Shown one piece after another: positions 17,982-27,754 of a stretch of 64,000 nucleotides of DNA. The translations under genes were made by a program, and so were the position numbers. The stretch's first letter is position 1, and each line of letters begins with the position of its first letter. The notes beneath the pieces are model-generated. The model saw only the letters and a program-made list of their open reading frames with translations. It was not told the DNA's origin and made no database searches. The DNA comes from Roseburia hominis (lineage in GTDB: Bacteria > Bacillota_I > Bacilli_A > RFN20 > CAG-826): the NCBI GenBank assembly GCA_963642055.1, contig CAVIFQ010000001.1:33576-97575 (forward strand). Direction: 5' to 3'.

Positions 17982-19964
17982 TTATTTCGCCCCTTTCTGC
18001 TTATCGACTTCCTTCATGAAGGAATCTTCGTCATTGAAGGTGATGTTCTCGTTGATCCAATCTCTACGCAAGGCCGCATCTTTTCCCATGAGGATGGAGA
18101 TGCGCTTCTCCACCACGAGCGGATCTTGGATATCGACGCGGAGCAAAAGGCGCGTTTTCTTATTCATGGTCGTAGAGGCTAGCTGATCAGCGTTCATCTC
18201 GCCGAGACCTTTGTAGCGGTTGATGCCGTATCCAGGTCCGATTTTGGCTTTCGCCTCATCGAGCTTGCTTTCATCCCAGACGTAGACAAATTTCTTCACA
18301 TCGCTCTTTTTGTAGACGCGATAAAGCGGCGGACAAGCGATATAGACCATGCCGTTATCGATGAGGGGCTTCATGTAGTTGTAGAAGAAAGTGAGCAAGA
18401 GAATCTGGATGTGGGCGCCGTCGACATCGGCATCGGTCATGATGATGATTTTGCCGTAGTGTGACTCTTTGACGTCGAAATCTTGCCCTACCCCAGCTCC
18501 GATTGTCTGGATAAGAGTCGAGAATTCCTCATTCTGGAGCATGCGTTCCATCGTGATGGAATCGGTATTGAGCGGTTTGCCGCGTAATGGCAATATCGCT
18601 TGATGGATCCTGTCGCGCCCGTTTTTGGCGCTGCCTCCAGCGGAGTTACCCTCAACGATAAAGAGCTCATTTTGGGCATAATCTTTCGATTGGGCCTGGG
18701 CCAATTTATCGGAGATGATGAAATCCTGGCTCTTCTTTTTCGCGGCGTTCCCTCTAGCGGCTTCTCTAGCCTTTCTCGCCGCTTCCCTAGCTTCTTTGGC
18801 TGCCTGGCACTTCTTGATGAGGTTGATCGCGAACTCTTTATGCTCGGTGATGTAATAGGTGAACTGGTCGCACGTGAAGCTGGAGCAAGCCTGAAAAGCG
18901 TCGGGCGTGCCGAGCTTTCCTTTCGTTTGCCCTTCGTATTCGAGCTTATTCTCGGGGATTTTGACCGCGATGACATACGTCAAACCTTCGCGGAGGTCAT
19001 TGCCGTCGATTCTCTCTTTCTCTTTGATGACGCCGGTTGAGATGCCCCAGTCATTGATGGCTTTGGTGAGACCGCTTTTGAAGCCGTCTTCGTGGGTGCC
19101 GCCTGCGGCGGTCCGTACGCCATTAGCGTAACTAAGCGGGTGGTCACTGTAGTCACTTTGGCACCACTGCATCGCGATTTCGATTTTGATGGGCGAATTC
19201 TTGTCCTCGAAATCGATGATCTCGCCGAGCGGCGTCTTATTCGAAGTCAGATTCTCGACGTATTCGCGTAAACCGTTTTCGTAATAGAACTCGTGGCTTA
19301 AGCCCGTGCGCTCGTCTTTTAAAACGAAACGCACTTTCTTGCAGAGGAAAGCGTCTTCCTGAAGGTGGTTATAGATGGTGTCCCATTTGAATTCGGTGGT
19401 CGAGAAAATCTTGCCGTCTGGCTTAAAACGTATCGATGAGCCGTGCTTTTTGGTGTCGCCGATTTTCTCTAATGGAGTTTCGAGCTCGCCGCCATTATGG
19501 AAGCGGATATGGTAGATCCCGCCTTCACGGCACACTGTGATATCTAGCCACTCGGAAAGAGCGTTTGTGACCGTGGCGCCGACGCCATGTAGTCCAGCGC
19601 TCGTCGAATAAACCTTGCTATTGAACTTGCCGCCTGAATGGAGCGTCGTGAAAATGAGCTGCACCGCCGGCATATGGCTAGCCTCGTGCATGTCGACGGG
19701 GAGCCCACGCCCCTCATCGTCCACTTGGACGGAGCCATCCTTGTGGATGGTCACCGTTATCTTGCTGCCGAAGCCATTCGCGGCCTCATCGACCGCATTA
19801 TCGACGATTTCCCATACCAAATGGTGCAAACCGGTGGCATTCGTGGAGCCGATATACATGCCAGGTCTTTTCCTGACACCTTCCATCTCGCTTAGAAGCT
19901 CAATGTCCTTCGCGCGATAGTCTTGTTCCGCTTTCTCAAAATCAACCATGATGATGTTTTCCAA
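17982..19964 (-). CDS. parE: DNA topoisomerase IV subunit B
   Basis: 660 aa with a GHKL ATPase N-terminus (GLHHLVWEIVDNAVDE), a Toprim EGNSAGG motif and PLRGK. TTG start at 19964 with GGAAG upstream; an alternative ATG is at 19949. Confidence 0.85.
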   Translation of the reverse strand: MENIIMVDFEKAEQDYRAKDIELLSEMEGVRKRPGMYIGSTNATGLHHLVWEIVDNAVDEAANGFGSKITVTIHKDGSVQVDDEGRGLPVDMHEASHMPAVQLIFTTLHSGGKFNSKVYSTSAGLHGVGATVTNALSEWLDITVCREGGIYHIRFHNGGELETPLEKIGDTKKHGSSIRFKPDGKIFSTTEFKWDTIYNHLQEDAFLCKKVRFVLKDERTGLSHEFYYENGLREYVENLTSNKTPLGEIIDFEDKNSPIKIEIAMQWCQSDYSDHPLSYANGVRTAAGGTHEDGFKSGLTKAINDWGISTGVIKEKERIDGNDLREGLTYVIAVKIPENKLEYEGQTKGKLGTPDAFQACSSFTCDQFTYYITEHKEFAINLIKKCQAAKEAREAARKAREAARGNAAKKKSQDFIISDKLAQAQSKDYAQNELFIVEGNSAGGSAKNGRDRIHQAILPLRGKPLNTDSITMERMLQNEEFSTLIQTIGAGVGQDFDVKESHYGKIIIMTDADVDGAHIQILLLTFFYNYMKPLIDNGMVYIACPPLYRVYKKSDVKKFVYVWDESKLDEAKAKIGPGYGINRYKGLGEMNADQLASTTMNKKTRLLLRVDIQDPLVVEKRISILMGKDAALRRDWINENITFNDEDSFMKEVDKQKGAK

Positions 19965-20008
19965 AAATATACTTCCGCATTATACTCTCAAACGCGAAAA
20001 TTTGCACA

Positions 20009-20032
20009 CCCTATTAATTCATTAATAGAGGG
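20009..20032. promoter_or_regulatory. Imperfect palindrome CCCTATTAAT-TC-ATTAATAGAGGG in the divergent parE/plsY control region
   Basis: Core TATTAAT-TC-ATTAATA has perfect 7-bp arms. It lies between the parE -10 candidate (TATAAT, 19979-19984 minus) and the plsY start. Confidence 0.35.
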
Positions 20033-20129
20033 ATTTATCCGCGTTTCTTCGGGTTTTTTTCTCTTCGCTTGTCCCTAGTTGCAAGAAAAGGCTCTCTAAT
20101 CGATAATGGAGCCCGGGAAAGGAAAATAG

Positions 20130-20861
20130 ATGAACGCATTTTATAACGTCTTGCTGGCTCTTTCTTTGGGGGTCATGGGCTATTTAATAGGAGCCATTCC
20201 GACGGGTGTTATCATCGGGAAGGTCTTTTTCCACAAGGACCCGCGAAAAGAGGGATCGCACGGCTCAGGCGGCACCAATTCCTCCCGCGTTTTGGGCAAA
20301 AAGGTAGGCGTCATCGTCATTACGCTCGATATTCTGAAGACTGTTGCGGTGCTTTGGATAGCCTACACCATCACCGCTTTCTCGCCGATAAAAGAGGCGA
20401 TTTCCATCTGGGATAACGGCGTTTTCTATATTTGGTTTGCGGTCTTTTGCTGCGCGATCGGGCACTGCTATCCAGTCTATATCGGCTTTAAGGGCGGGAA
20501 GGCCGTGGCATGCTTCATGGGGAGCTCGGGCGGAGCGAGTTACGTTCTCTTCGCTCTCGATTTCATCGTCTTCTTCACGGTCTATAAAATCGGCAAGAAA
20601 AAGAACATCGTCTCTTTCGCGAGCATCATCTCTTCACTCATTCTCGTCCTTTTGACTTGGGCACTCATCATTATCGATGCCTTTGGCTGCGATTTGTCGG
20701 TTCTATCCTGGAACCTTGGTTTTGCGATAGATCTTTGCCCATCCTGGGAAGAGGGCATATTCAATACTCTGATTGCGCTTCTGCTCATTTATAGGCACCG
20801 CGAGAACATCGTTAGATTAAAGAGCCACAAAGAGAAGCCCTATAATTTATTTGGTAAATAA
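20130..20861 (+). CDS. plsY: Glycerol-3-phosphate acyltransferase PlsY
   Basis: 243-aa membrane ORF with GSGGTNSSRVLG and a PlsY-type TM pattern, divergent from parE as in Bacillus. Has a C-terminal extension relative to typical versions of about 200 aa. Confidence 0.85.
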   Translation: MNAFYNVLLALSLGVMGYLIGAIPTGVIIGKVFFHKDPRKEGSHGSGGTNSSRVLGKKVGVIVITLDILKTVAVLWIAYTITAFSPIKEAISIWDNGVFYIWFAVFCCAIGHCYPVYIGFKGGKAVACFMGSSGGASYVLFALDFIVFFTVYKIGKKKNIVSFASIISSLILVLLTWALIIIDAFGCDLSVLSWNLGFAIDLCPSWEEGIFNTLIALLLIYRHRENIVRLKSHKEKPYNLFGK

Positions 20862-20870
20862 TTAGTAGAT
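20860..20870 (+). repeat. AATTAGTAG-family intergenic motif (AATTAGTAGAT)
   Basis: Exact copy overlapping the plsY TAA stop codon, followed by TTTTAAG as at 11655. Confidence 0.5.
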
Positions 20871-20960
20871 TTTAAGTATATTCACCACTTTTCGATTGTT
20901 TCGATGTGGCCTAGACATTTTTGAGATTGTTCAGAAACGTCATCAATAAACACGCGAATA

Positions 20961-20994
20961 AAAAAAATAACGGCCTTTGCAAGCCGTTATTTTT
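20961..20994. terminator. Bidirectional terminator between plsY (+) and the yneF-like gene (-)
   Basis: A-tract, stem ATAACGGC / GCCGTTAT, T-tract. Confidence 0.75.
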
Positions 20995-21002
20995 AGCGTG
21001 TC

Positions 21003-21230
21003 TTATTGATTGTCCATGTTCTTTCGGACGGAGTTCATGACGGCGCGGATTTGAGCCTCAGATGGCTTCCGCCCCATTTGCATGTACATCGCCCTGATCA
21101 TGTTCTCATTGATCGGCGGGTTCTTTTTGAGTTGGCTCTTGATGAGTTTTCTCGCTCCGAAGAAGCCAACCACGAGTCCGATGACGAGAGCCGCGATAAC
21201 GATGCCGAACCAGTTTGGGTCCCAAGTCAT
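21003..21230 (-). CDS. UPF0154 (YneF-family) small membrane protein
   Basis: 75 aa with one N-terminal TM helix, then KKNPPINENMIRAMYMQMGRKPSEAQI, which is typical of the family. Close to the plsY-parE cluster, as yneF is in Bacillus. Confidence 0.75.
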   Translation of the reverse strand: MTWDPNWFGIVIAALVIGLVVGFFGARKLIKSQLKKNPPINENMIRAMYMQMGRKPSEAQIRAVMNSVRKNMDNQ

Positions 21231-21232
21231 TA

Positions 21233-21790
21233 TTAGGCTCTCCCGTCGTATTTGCCAGTCGTGGTGTCAACTGAGATCTTATCGCCAGGATTGATGAAGA
21301 GAGGAACGCGGATTTTCATACCGGTCTCGAGAGTCGCATCTTTGCTGCCGCCATTGGTGATGGTATCGCCTCTCACCCCTGGCTCGCAGTCGCTCACGGT
21401 GATGGCGACTTTCGCTGGGAGCTGGACTCCGAGGATTTCCTCATCGAAGCTCATGATGATGACTTCGAGGTTCGGTACGAGATATGGGGCCTCGTGCTCG
21501 AGGTTTTGGTGGCCGATCTCGACTTGATCGTAGGTTTTCGGATCCATGAAGACATAGGTGGTGCCGGAATCATAGAGATATTGCATCGTCTTTTTGTCGA
21601 GACGCGCTTCCTCCACGTCGTAGCCGCTGTTTCTCGCTAATTCGGTGATGGCTCCGGTGCGGACATTCTGGACTTTGATTTTCGCGACCATCTTCCTCAT
21701 CGCGGTTTTGTTGAGGAGGATATCGATGACGCGATAGAGGATCTTCTCGTCAATAAAGTAATTCCCTGGGCGTAATTCGGTGACGTTCAT
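21233..21790 (-). CDS. efp: Elongation factor P
   Basis: 185 aa with an EF-P three-domain pattern (KTMQYLY...VFMD, ETGMKIRVPLFIN). AAAGGAG SD and a TAGAAT -10 upstream. The loop that is normally KPGKG reads KTAMRK. Confidence 0.9.
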   Translation of the reverse strand: MNVTELRPGNYFIDEKILYRVIDILLNKTAMRKMVAKIKVQNVRTGAITELARNSGYDVEEARLDKKTMQYLYDSGTTYVFMDPKTYDQVEIGHQNLEHEAPYLVPNLEVIIMSFDEEILGVQLPAKVAITVSDCEPGVRGDTITNGGSKDATLETGMKIRVPLFINPGDKISVDTTTGKYDGRA

Positions 21791-21870
21791 AAATAAAAAA
21801 CTCCTTTAACTCTGTAACGCGTGAATATTCTACTCCTCCTCTTCTAAAGAAGGTACCCCCATTTTCGCGG

Positions 21871-22485
21871 TCAAAGGAGGTAAAAAGCCGGGTTGAAGCG
21901 GAGTTCGTTCCCGATATTCGTGCTTTCCCCGTGCCCTGGGTAGACTTTCGTCTCAGTTGGGAGCTTCTTGAGCTTAGAAAGGCTCGACGATACGAGGCTT
22001 TCGTCCCCAGAAGGGAGGTCGCATCTCCCATAAGAAAGATGGAAGAGAGTATCGCCACTGAGTAACGCGTTTTCCTTCGGCAGGTAATAACAAACGCTTC
22101 CCTCGGTATGAAAAGGCGTGGTGATGACTTTTATCTCACTGATTCCAGGGAAAAGGAGCTTTTCGCCATCACTTACTGTCTTTATATCGTCCCAATCAAT
22201 CTCTAAGCCGCGCAGAAGGTTGTATTTGCTGTCACTTAAGCATTTCAAATCCTCTTCGCTCACGTAAAGAGGCGCTTTATGGGTGAGATTGAGGAGTCCA
22301 AGGATATGGTCATAATGCCCATGCGTGAGAAGGATGCCTTCCAAAGAGGAATAATGGGCATCGATATAGTGATCGAGGCGGTTATTGGTGTTATCGCCGG
22401 GGTCCACTAAAAGGCAGCTTCCGCCTTTTTCGCCGATAAAATAAGTGTTGCAGAGAGAGGGACTACCAACGAGTTTATTGATCAT
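21871..22485 (-). CDS. MBL-fold metallo-hydrolase
   Basis: 204 aa with the HxHxDH motif (THGHYDH) and downstream His/Asp ligands. Confidence 0.75.
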   Translation of the reverse strand: MINKLVGSPSLCNTYFIGEKGGSCLLVDPGDNTNNRLDHYIDAHYSSLEGILLTHGHYDHILGLLNLTHKAPLYVSEEDLKCLSDSKYNLLRGLEIDWDDIKTVSDGEKLLFPGISEIKVITTPFHTEGSVCYYLPKENALLSGDTLFHLSYGRCDLPSGDESLVSSSLSKLKKLPTETKVYPGHGESTNIGNELRFNPAFYLL

Positions 22486-22493
22486 AAGTTAAG

Positions 22494-22514
22494 AAAAAAG
22501 GCCCGTGAGGGGCC
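22494..22514 (-). terminator. Rho-independent terminator after rpmG
   Basis: Stem GGCCC / GGGCC (loop CUCAC on the minus strand), followed by TTTTTT. Confidence 0.7.
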
Positions 22515-22519
22515 ACTTT

Positions 22520-22678
22520 TTATTTGCCTTCTTTATGAAGCGTCTCTTTATTGCAGCGGGAGCAATATTTTTTGATCTCCATTTTGTTAGGATGGGTCTT
22601 TTTGTTGCGTGTGGTGATGTAATTGTGCTCACCGCATTCGCTGCATTTTAAGATTACTTGATCACGTTTGCTTGCCAT
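22520..22678 (-). CDS. rpmG: 50S ribosomal protein L33
   Basis: Absent from the ORF track (52 aa). Own translation: MASKRDQVILKCSECGEHNYITTRNKKTHPNKMEIKKYCSRCNKETLHKEGK, with the CxxC...CxxC zinc-ribbon pattern of L33. Confidence 0.85.
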   Translation of the reverse strand: MASKRDQVILKCSECGEHNYITTRNKKTHPNKMEIKKYCSRCNKETLHKEGK

Positions 22679-22810
22679 ATCTACTCACTCTTCTTTCTTT
22701 TCGCGAGCGTTATAGTAGCACAACGAAAAATCTAAATCTATCTTTTTAAGCGCAATCGCTTTCTTTTTAGACTCGTCTCCATTTTGGGCTATACTTAAAG
22801 GCAGAAAATT

Positions 22811-23863
22811 ATGATTACACGCGATAAAACCAAGCAAATTCAGGTTGGCCCCATTACCATCGGAGGGTCTAACCATATCATCATCCAATCGATGGCCAAC
22901 ATCAAAACGAGCCGCGTCGAGGAAGTCGCTAGGCAGATTAACGAATGCGAGCGCTATGGGGCGGAGCTTTTTAGGGTCTCCGTGCTAGATGAAGAAGACG
23001 CAAGAGCCATAAAGGAACTCAAGAAACTCATCCATATACCGCTCGTGGCGGATATCCATATCGATTACCGTTTGGCTCTATTATCCATTGAAAGCGGAGT
23101 CGATGCCATCAGGATAAACCCAGGCAATATCGGCGATATTAGTAAAATCGAGAAGGTCGTCTCCGCTTGCAAAGAAAAGCATATTCCAATCAGAGTCGGC
23201 GTGAATTCGGGTTCCCTCGATAAAGCGATTTACTGCGGCCGAGAGACCATCAAAGCCCAGTATCTTGTCGACAGCGCCAAAAAGCACGTGAAGATCCTCG
23301 AGGATCTTGATTTTCATGATATTGTCATCAGTTTGAAGGGTTCGAACGTCTTAGAGACCATCGCGGCATATCGCCTGGCCGCCGACACTTTTATTTATCC
23401 TCTCCATTTAGGCATCACGGAAGCTGGGCCAAAGGATATAGGGTTAATAAGAAGCGCCGCCGGCTTATCCCCGCTTTTGCTAGACGGGATCGGCGATACC
23501 ATCCGTATCTCTTTGAGCGATGAGCCGAAAGAGGAAGTCAAGGCCGCTTCGCGCTTGCTCCACGATTTATCGCTTAAAGACGACTATCCCACCTTCATCT
23601 CTTGCCCAACATGCGGGAGGACCGAAGTCGAGCTCATTCCTCTTGCAAGCAAAGTAAAAGACTATCTTGAGAGCAATCACATCAACAAAGTCGTGGCCAT
23701 CATGGGCTGCATCGTCAACGGGCCAGGCGAAGCGCGCCACGCCGATTTAGGCGCCGCGGGAGGAAACGGAGTCTGGGTCATCTTCAAAAAAGGCGAAGTC
23801 ATCAGAAAAGTCAAAGACGAGGATGTCTTTGAAGTATTGAAAGAAGAAATCGACCGCTTATAA
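22811..23863 (+). CDS. ispG: 4-hydroxy-3-methylbut-2-enyl diphosphate synthase
   Basis: 350 aa with an IspG/GcpE TIM-barrel N-terminus (IQSM.N..T) and C-terminal Fe-S ligands (CPTCGR...GC.VNGPGE). Confidence 0.95.
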   Translation: MITRDKTKQIQVGPITIGGSNHIIIQSMANIKTSRVEEVARQINECERYGAELFRVSVLDEEDARAIKELKKLIHIPLVADIHIDYRLALLSIESGVDAIRINPGNIGDISKIEKVVSACKEKHIPIRVGVNSGSLDKAIYCGRETIKAQYLVDSAKKHVKILEDLDFHDIVISLKGSNVLETIAAYRLAADTFIYPLHLGITEAGPKDIGLIRSAAGLSPLLLDGIGDTIRISLSDEPKEEVKAASRLLHDLSLKDDYPTFISCPTCGRTEVELIPLASKVKDYLESNHINKVVAIMGCIVNGPGEARHADLGAAGGNGVWVIFKKGEVIRKVKDEDVFEVLKEEIDRL

Positions 23864-24760
23864 GGAAAGCTTTTCTTTCCAGTTCTCCTCATAGATGCCG
23901 CTTTGTAGCATCTCGATTTCCTTTTTGTAAGGATATATCGTATCTTTTCCGTCACTTATTACGGGCGTCTCGAGTATTTTCGGAACGCTAGAAAGAGCTG
24001 GCTCCACCACCCATTTATGGAGTTTTTCAAAGCCGATCGTGCCATAGCCTATATTCGCGTGACGGTCTTTATGGGAAGAAGGCGGATTGAGGGAATCATT
24101 GAGATGGACGGCCTTGATTAAAGAAATGGGCAAATAGGAGGAGAATTCCTCTAAAAGTGCTTTTGGATCGCTCACATCATACCCGGCATCGGACAAGTGG
24201 CAGGTATCTAGGCAGATACCAATGCGGTCTTTCTTTTCGATGCCTTCATATATCGCTTTTAGCTCTTCAAAGGAGGAGCCGATCTCACTCCCTTTCCCAG
24301 CCATTGTCTCTAGAAGTATCTTCACTCCGCTTTCATCATGAGAAAAAACCTCATTGAGCCCTTCAATGATGTAACGGATGCCGCTTTCTTTGCTCTCTCC
24401 GACCGAGCTCCCGGGATGGAGGACGAGCTTATCGAGCTTAAAGGCCGCGACTCTTTTTAATTCATCGAGCAAGAAACGCTTCGAAAGCTCGCGGGTCTCT
24501 TCTTTCAAGGGATTGGCGAGATTGATGATATAGGGGGCATGGACGATGATGGCGTCTTTAGAAAAAGAAACCGAATCAAGGAGCGAATTGCCTTCCTCAA
24601 TCTTCAATGATTCGACGGGGAGGCGGCGCGTATTTTGCGGAGCGCCAGTATAAAACATAAAGGCGCTTTCGCCCCATTCGAGGGCTTTTTGGACGGTCGA
24701 AAGGTAAAAAAGCGGCGAAGAAAGAGAGATATGGCTCCCTAAAAGGATCTTCTCGCTCAT
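23858..24760 (-). CDS. nfo: Endonuclease IV
   Basis: 300 aa with a TIM-barrel AP endonuclease pattern (HAPYIINL, LHPGS, ETMAGKG, CLDTCH, HLNDS). Overlaps the cshB-like gene by 4 nt, as in Bacillus yqfR-yqfS. Confidence 0.9.
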   Translation of the reverse strand: MSEKILLGSHISLSSPLFYLSTVQKALEWGESAFMFYTGAPQNTRRLPVESLKIEEGNSLLDSVSFSKDAIIVHAPYIINLANPLKEETRELSKRFLLDELKRVAAFKLDKLVLHPGSSVGESKESGIRYIIEGLNEVFSHDESGVKILLETMAGKGSEIGSSFEELKAIYEGIEKKDRIGICLDTCHLSDAGYDVSDPKALLEEFSSYLPISLIKAVHLNDSLNPPSSHKDRHANIGYGTIGFEKLHKWVVEPALSSVPKILETPVISDGKDTIYPYKKEIEMLQSGIYEENWKEKLSL

Positions 24761-26136
24761 TCTTCTCCCCTCCCTTTCTTGGCTTCGGCCTTGAATTTCT
24801 TGGTCAGCTCTTTCCTTACGCTTTTTTGGATGGCTTTCCTTCGGTATTTCCGTTTGACCTTCTCAATCGCGTATTTCTCTTTCTTCTTATACCCGGGCTT
24901 CACCTCGTTTTTCCGGTGACGGGCTTTGGTTATCTTGATCTCGGTGGCCTCTTCTTCGTTCAAAAAGGCCTTTTTCTTGCGGAGCTTGTTCTTTGGGAGG
25001 AGCCCCACCGGGTCTTTCTTGAGCTCGCCGTTACGGAGCGAGTAGAAATCGAACTTCACGCCTTCTTCGATCAAAGCGAGCGGCAAAGCGGTCGTATCGT
25101 CATTGTAGAATACCCAGGAATCGCCTTCTTTTCCGAATCTCCCAGTCCGCCCAGCGCGATGATGATAGAATTCGAGATCATTTGGGAGATCGATGGAGAT
25201 GACATCGCTCACATCTTCGATATCCATGCCGCGGCTGAGGAGATCGCTCGAGACGATGAGCGGCACTTCATTCTCTCTGATCGCCCTTAAGGCCTTTTTC
25301 CGGCTTCTTTCGTCAAGATCGCCCGTGAAATAGATGGCTTCTTTGCCTTGAGAAGAGAGATAACGATGGATTTCCCCCACTTTTTCCTTGGTGCTAGCAA
25401 AAACGATGCACAAGTAAGGTTTGATGATATTGAGTAACGATAAGAGCGCTTCCCCATCATTTTGGTGCTTATTGTCCACGAGGTGATGACGGACCGAACT
25501 TGCGGTATTCGTGTTCTCGCTTTTGTATTCGAAATCGCTTCCGACAAAGCGCGCGAGCTCGTTTTTGAGATTCTCTTTGAGAGTGGCCGAAAATACTAGG
25601 ATCTGTGGCTCCTTCAAAATGGAGAAAAGCTCGACGATATCTTCGAAATACCCTAAATCGAGGAGCATATCGGCTTCGTCTAACACCACGGTTCTGACGC
25701 TTTGTAGCGATAAAGCATGCTCCTTCACGAGGATCTCATGGATTCTCCCAGGGGTCCCAATCACGATATGCGGGGCACTCGAGAGCCCTTCAAGGTTATC
25801 GCTAGAAGAGGTTTCGCTCGTGAATAGACGCACCTTGAGCTTTGGGAAGAAACGAGTGAAGGCGCGCGCAAAATCATAGGTTTGCCGGGCAAGTTCGCGC
25901 GTAGGGCAAATCACGATATCCTGTAAACGCGATAGATTCAGATCGAGTTTAGCGAGCAGCGGGATCAAATAAGCGTGCGTCTTCCCACTCCCCGTCGCGC
26001 TTTGGGCAAGGAGTGATTTGCCTGCAAGCGCCTTCGGTATCACTTGCTCTTGGACTTTCGATGGCTCTTTGTAGCCGAGCTTATTGAGCGCATTCACGAG
26101 TTCGCTCGATAGATTGTATGCTTTAAAGGATCCCAT
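24757..26136 (-). CDS. DEAD-box ATP-dependent RNA helicase (CshB-like) with basic C-terminal tail
   Basis: Q-motif, AQSATGSGKT, DEAD (VLDEAD), SAT and HRAGRTGR motifs. The ATG at 26136 (MGSFKAYNL...) fits the family N-terminus. An alternative TTG is at 26178 (the ORF track start). Confidence 0.85.
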   Translation of the reverse strand: MGSFKAYNLSSELVNALNKLGYKEPSKVQEQVIPKALAGKSLLAQSATGSGKTHAYLIPLLAKLDLNLSRLQDIVICPTRELARQTYDFARAFTRFFPKLKVRLFTSETSSSDNLEGLSSAPHIVIGTPGRIHEILVKEHALSLQSVRTVVLDEADMLLDLGYFEDIVELFSILKEPQILVFSATLKENLKNELARFVGSDFEYKSENTNTASSVRHHLVDNKHQNDGEALLSLLNIIKPYLCIVFASTKEKVGEIHRYLSSQGKEAIYFTGDLDERSRKKALRAIRENEVPLIVSSDLLSRGMDIEDVSDVISIDLPNDLEFYHHRAGRTGRFGKEGDSWVFYNDDTTALPLALIEEGVKFDFYSLRNGELKKDPVGLLPKNKLRKKKAFLNEEEATEIKITKARHRKNEVKPGYKKKEKYAIEKVKRKYRRKAIQKSVRKELTKKFKAEAKKGRGEE

Positions 26137-26201
26137 AAGTAGGCAAATTATAGAGGTTTCGCGCGTAAAAGACCACAATTTAGGATATAATCCTCCTCGT
26201 T

Positions 26202-27077
26202 ATGAAAGTCTATTCAGCTGAACCGCATTCTTATTGCTCGGGCGTCGTGAACGCCTTCCTTTTGGCCAAAAAAGCCAAGAAGGAGAATCCGAATAAAGAC
26301 ATATATCTCCTCGGCTCTTTGGTGCACAACGAAGAGGCGATAAAAGAACTCAAAGAGGAGGGATTTATCCTGCTTGACGAAAGAGAGAAAGACCTTTTAT
26401 CGTCTCTTTCGGAATTACCTATCGGCTCCGTCGTCGTTTTCTCGGCCCATGGGCACCCCGCGACCTACGAAGATGTAGCCAAAGAAAGAGAACTCAAGGT
26501 GTATGATGCGAGCTGCGAGAAAGTCAAAAAGAACCTCGAGGCCATCGCTTATTTCCTTCATGCCGGAAGAGAAGTCATCTTCTTGGGCGAGAAAGGCCAT
26601 CAAGAGGCCGTTGCCTCTCTTTCCGTCGGCGAAAAAGTATTCTTCCTCGATAGCAAAAGGCTGAATGAGTTCGATTTCTCGCTCGTGAAGGATAAAGCCC
26701 CGGCTTTCCTTTGTCAGACCACGATGGGAGAAGAGGAAGTAAGAGCTGCCTCTCGCCTCGTCTTAGACCATATTCCGGGGGCTTTTATCCTCGATAGCCG
26801 CTGCGAAAGCACCAAAAAGCGCCAATTCGCTCTCCGTTTAGCCCCGAAAGAAGCTGACCTCATCGTCATTCTAGGCTCGCTCACGAGCAACAACACGATG
26901 AAACTCGTCTCAATCGCGAAAGATAGTCATCCGGACGCTAGAGTTATCCGCGCCCTGGACTTGGATGAGCTCAAAAAAAGGGACCTACGCCCCTATCATT
27001 ACTGTGTTCTTGCAAGCGGAGCCTCCACTTCGCCCCGCGTCTATAAAGAGTGCCTCGACTATTTGTCTTCGCTTTGA
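26202..27077 (+). CDS. ispH: 4-hydroxy-3-methylbut-2-enyl diphosphate reductase
   Basis: 291 aa with an IspH/LytB pattern (HSYCSGV, VHN, SAHG, three conserved Cys). No SD. A TATAAT lies 10 nt upstream of the ATG. Confidence 0.9.
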   Translation: MKVYSAEPHSYCSGVVNAFLLAKKAKKENPNKDIYLLGSLVHNEEAIKELKEEGFILLDEREKDLLSSLSELPIGSVVVFSAHGHPATYEDVAKERELKVYDASCEKVKKNLEAIAYFLHAGREVIFLGEKGHQEAVASLSVGEKVFFLDSKRLNEFDFSLVKDKAPAFLCQTTMGEEEVRAASRLVLDHIPGAFILDSRCESTKKRQFALRLAPKEADLIVILGSLTSNNTMKLVSIAKDSHPDARVIRALDLDELKKRDLRPYHYCVLASGASTSPRVYKECLDYLSSL

Positions 27078-27754
27078 GTAGCGAAGGCTTTTTCGATGGC
27101 TTCGATTTCCTTTCGGAGTTCTTTTTGCTTTGCTTCTCCGATTGAAGGATAAGCGAGGATATTTTTATCTCTTTCTAAAGCTGCCTTCCAATACCGTTTC
27201 CACTCCTCGCTCTGCCTTTTTATCTCGATAGGGCCAAAGAAAAGCTCCTCTTCGTTATAAGAGATAGGCTTTTTGCTCTTCTCGAAAAGATAGACGCAGT
27301 ACGGTTTCCCTTTGTCGTAAAGGAAAATATCGTCTTTCGCGTAAAAGGAATGCTCCATCAGCCATTTGAGCAATACTGGGTATTCAGAATGGGCGTCAAT
27401 GACCATATAGTCGATATTTCCTAGCTTATTCTGCCCATCTTCTAAGATATCGCGAATGAGTAATCCACCCATCCCAGCGATGATCAAGGCGTTGACCCAA
27501 CTTGGGATATCGCTTAAGCCGGAAGAAAGAGAGACGCCGATTTGCTTCTCATATCCTTCCTTATTGATCCGCTCCTTCATGATTTTGTAGGGGCCGATTT
27601 TATTATCGACGGCAAAAACTTTCGTTACGATTCCGCGAGAGACTAGAGCAAGCGGGACATAAGCGTGATCGCTCCCGATATCGGCGGGATAGCTATCCTT
27701 TTTGACAAAGGAGATGATGGCTTCTAGCCGCTTAGAGCACTTTCCTGTTTCCAT
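27059..27754 (-). CDS. trmK: tRNA (adenine22-N1)-methyltransferase TrmK
   Basis: 231 aa with N-terminal RLEAI..FV......ADIGSDHAYVP and IAGMGG, which are typical of TrmK/YqfN. Converges on ispH with a 19-nt overlap. Confidence 0.8.
   Translation of the reverse strand: METGKCSKRLEAIISFVKKDSYPADIGSDHAYVPLALVSRGIVTKVFAVDNKIGPYKIMKERINKEGYEKQIGVSLSSGLSDIPSWVNALIIAGMGGLLIRDILEDGQNKLGNIDYMVIDAHSEYPVLLKWLMEHSFYAKDDIFLYDKGKPYCVYLFEKSKKPISYNEEELFFGPIEIKRQSEEWKRYWKAALERDKNILAYPSIGEAKQKELRKEIEAIEKAFATQSEDK

Noticed and set aside
23858-27077. Convergent gene overlaps (ispG/nfo 6 nt, ispH/trmK 19 nt), considered as annotation errors or antisense regulation.
   Set aside because: Both partners have full-length conserved termini. 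Short convergent overlaps are common in compact genomes, and nothing further distinguishes them.
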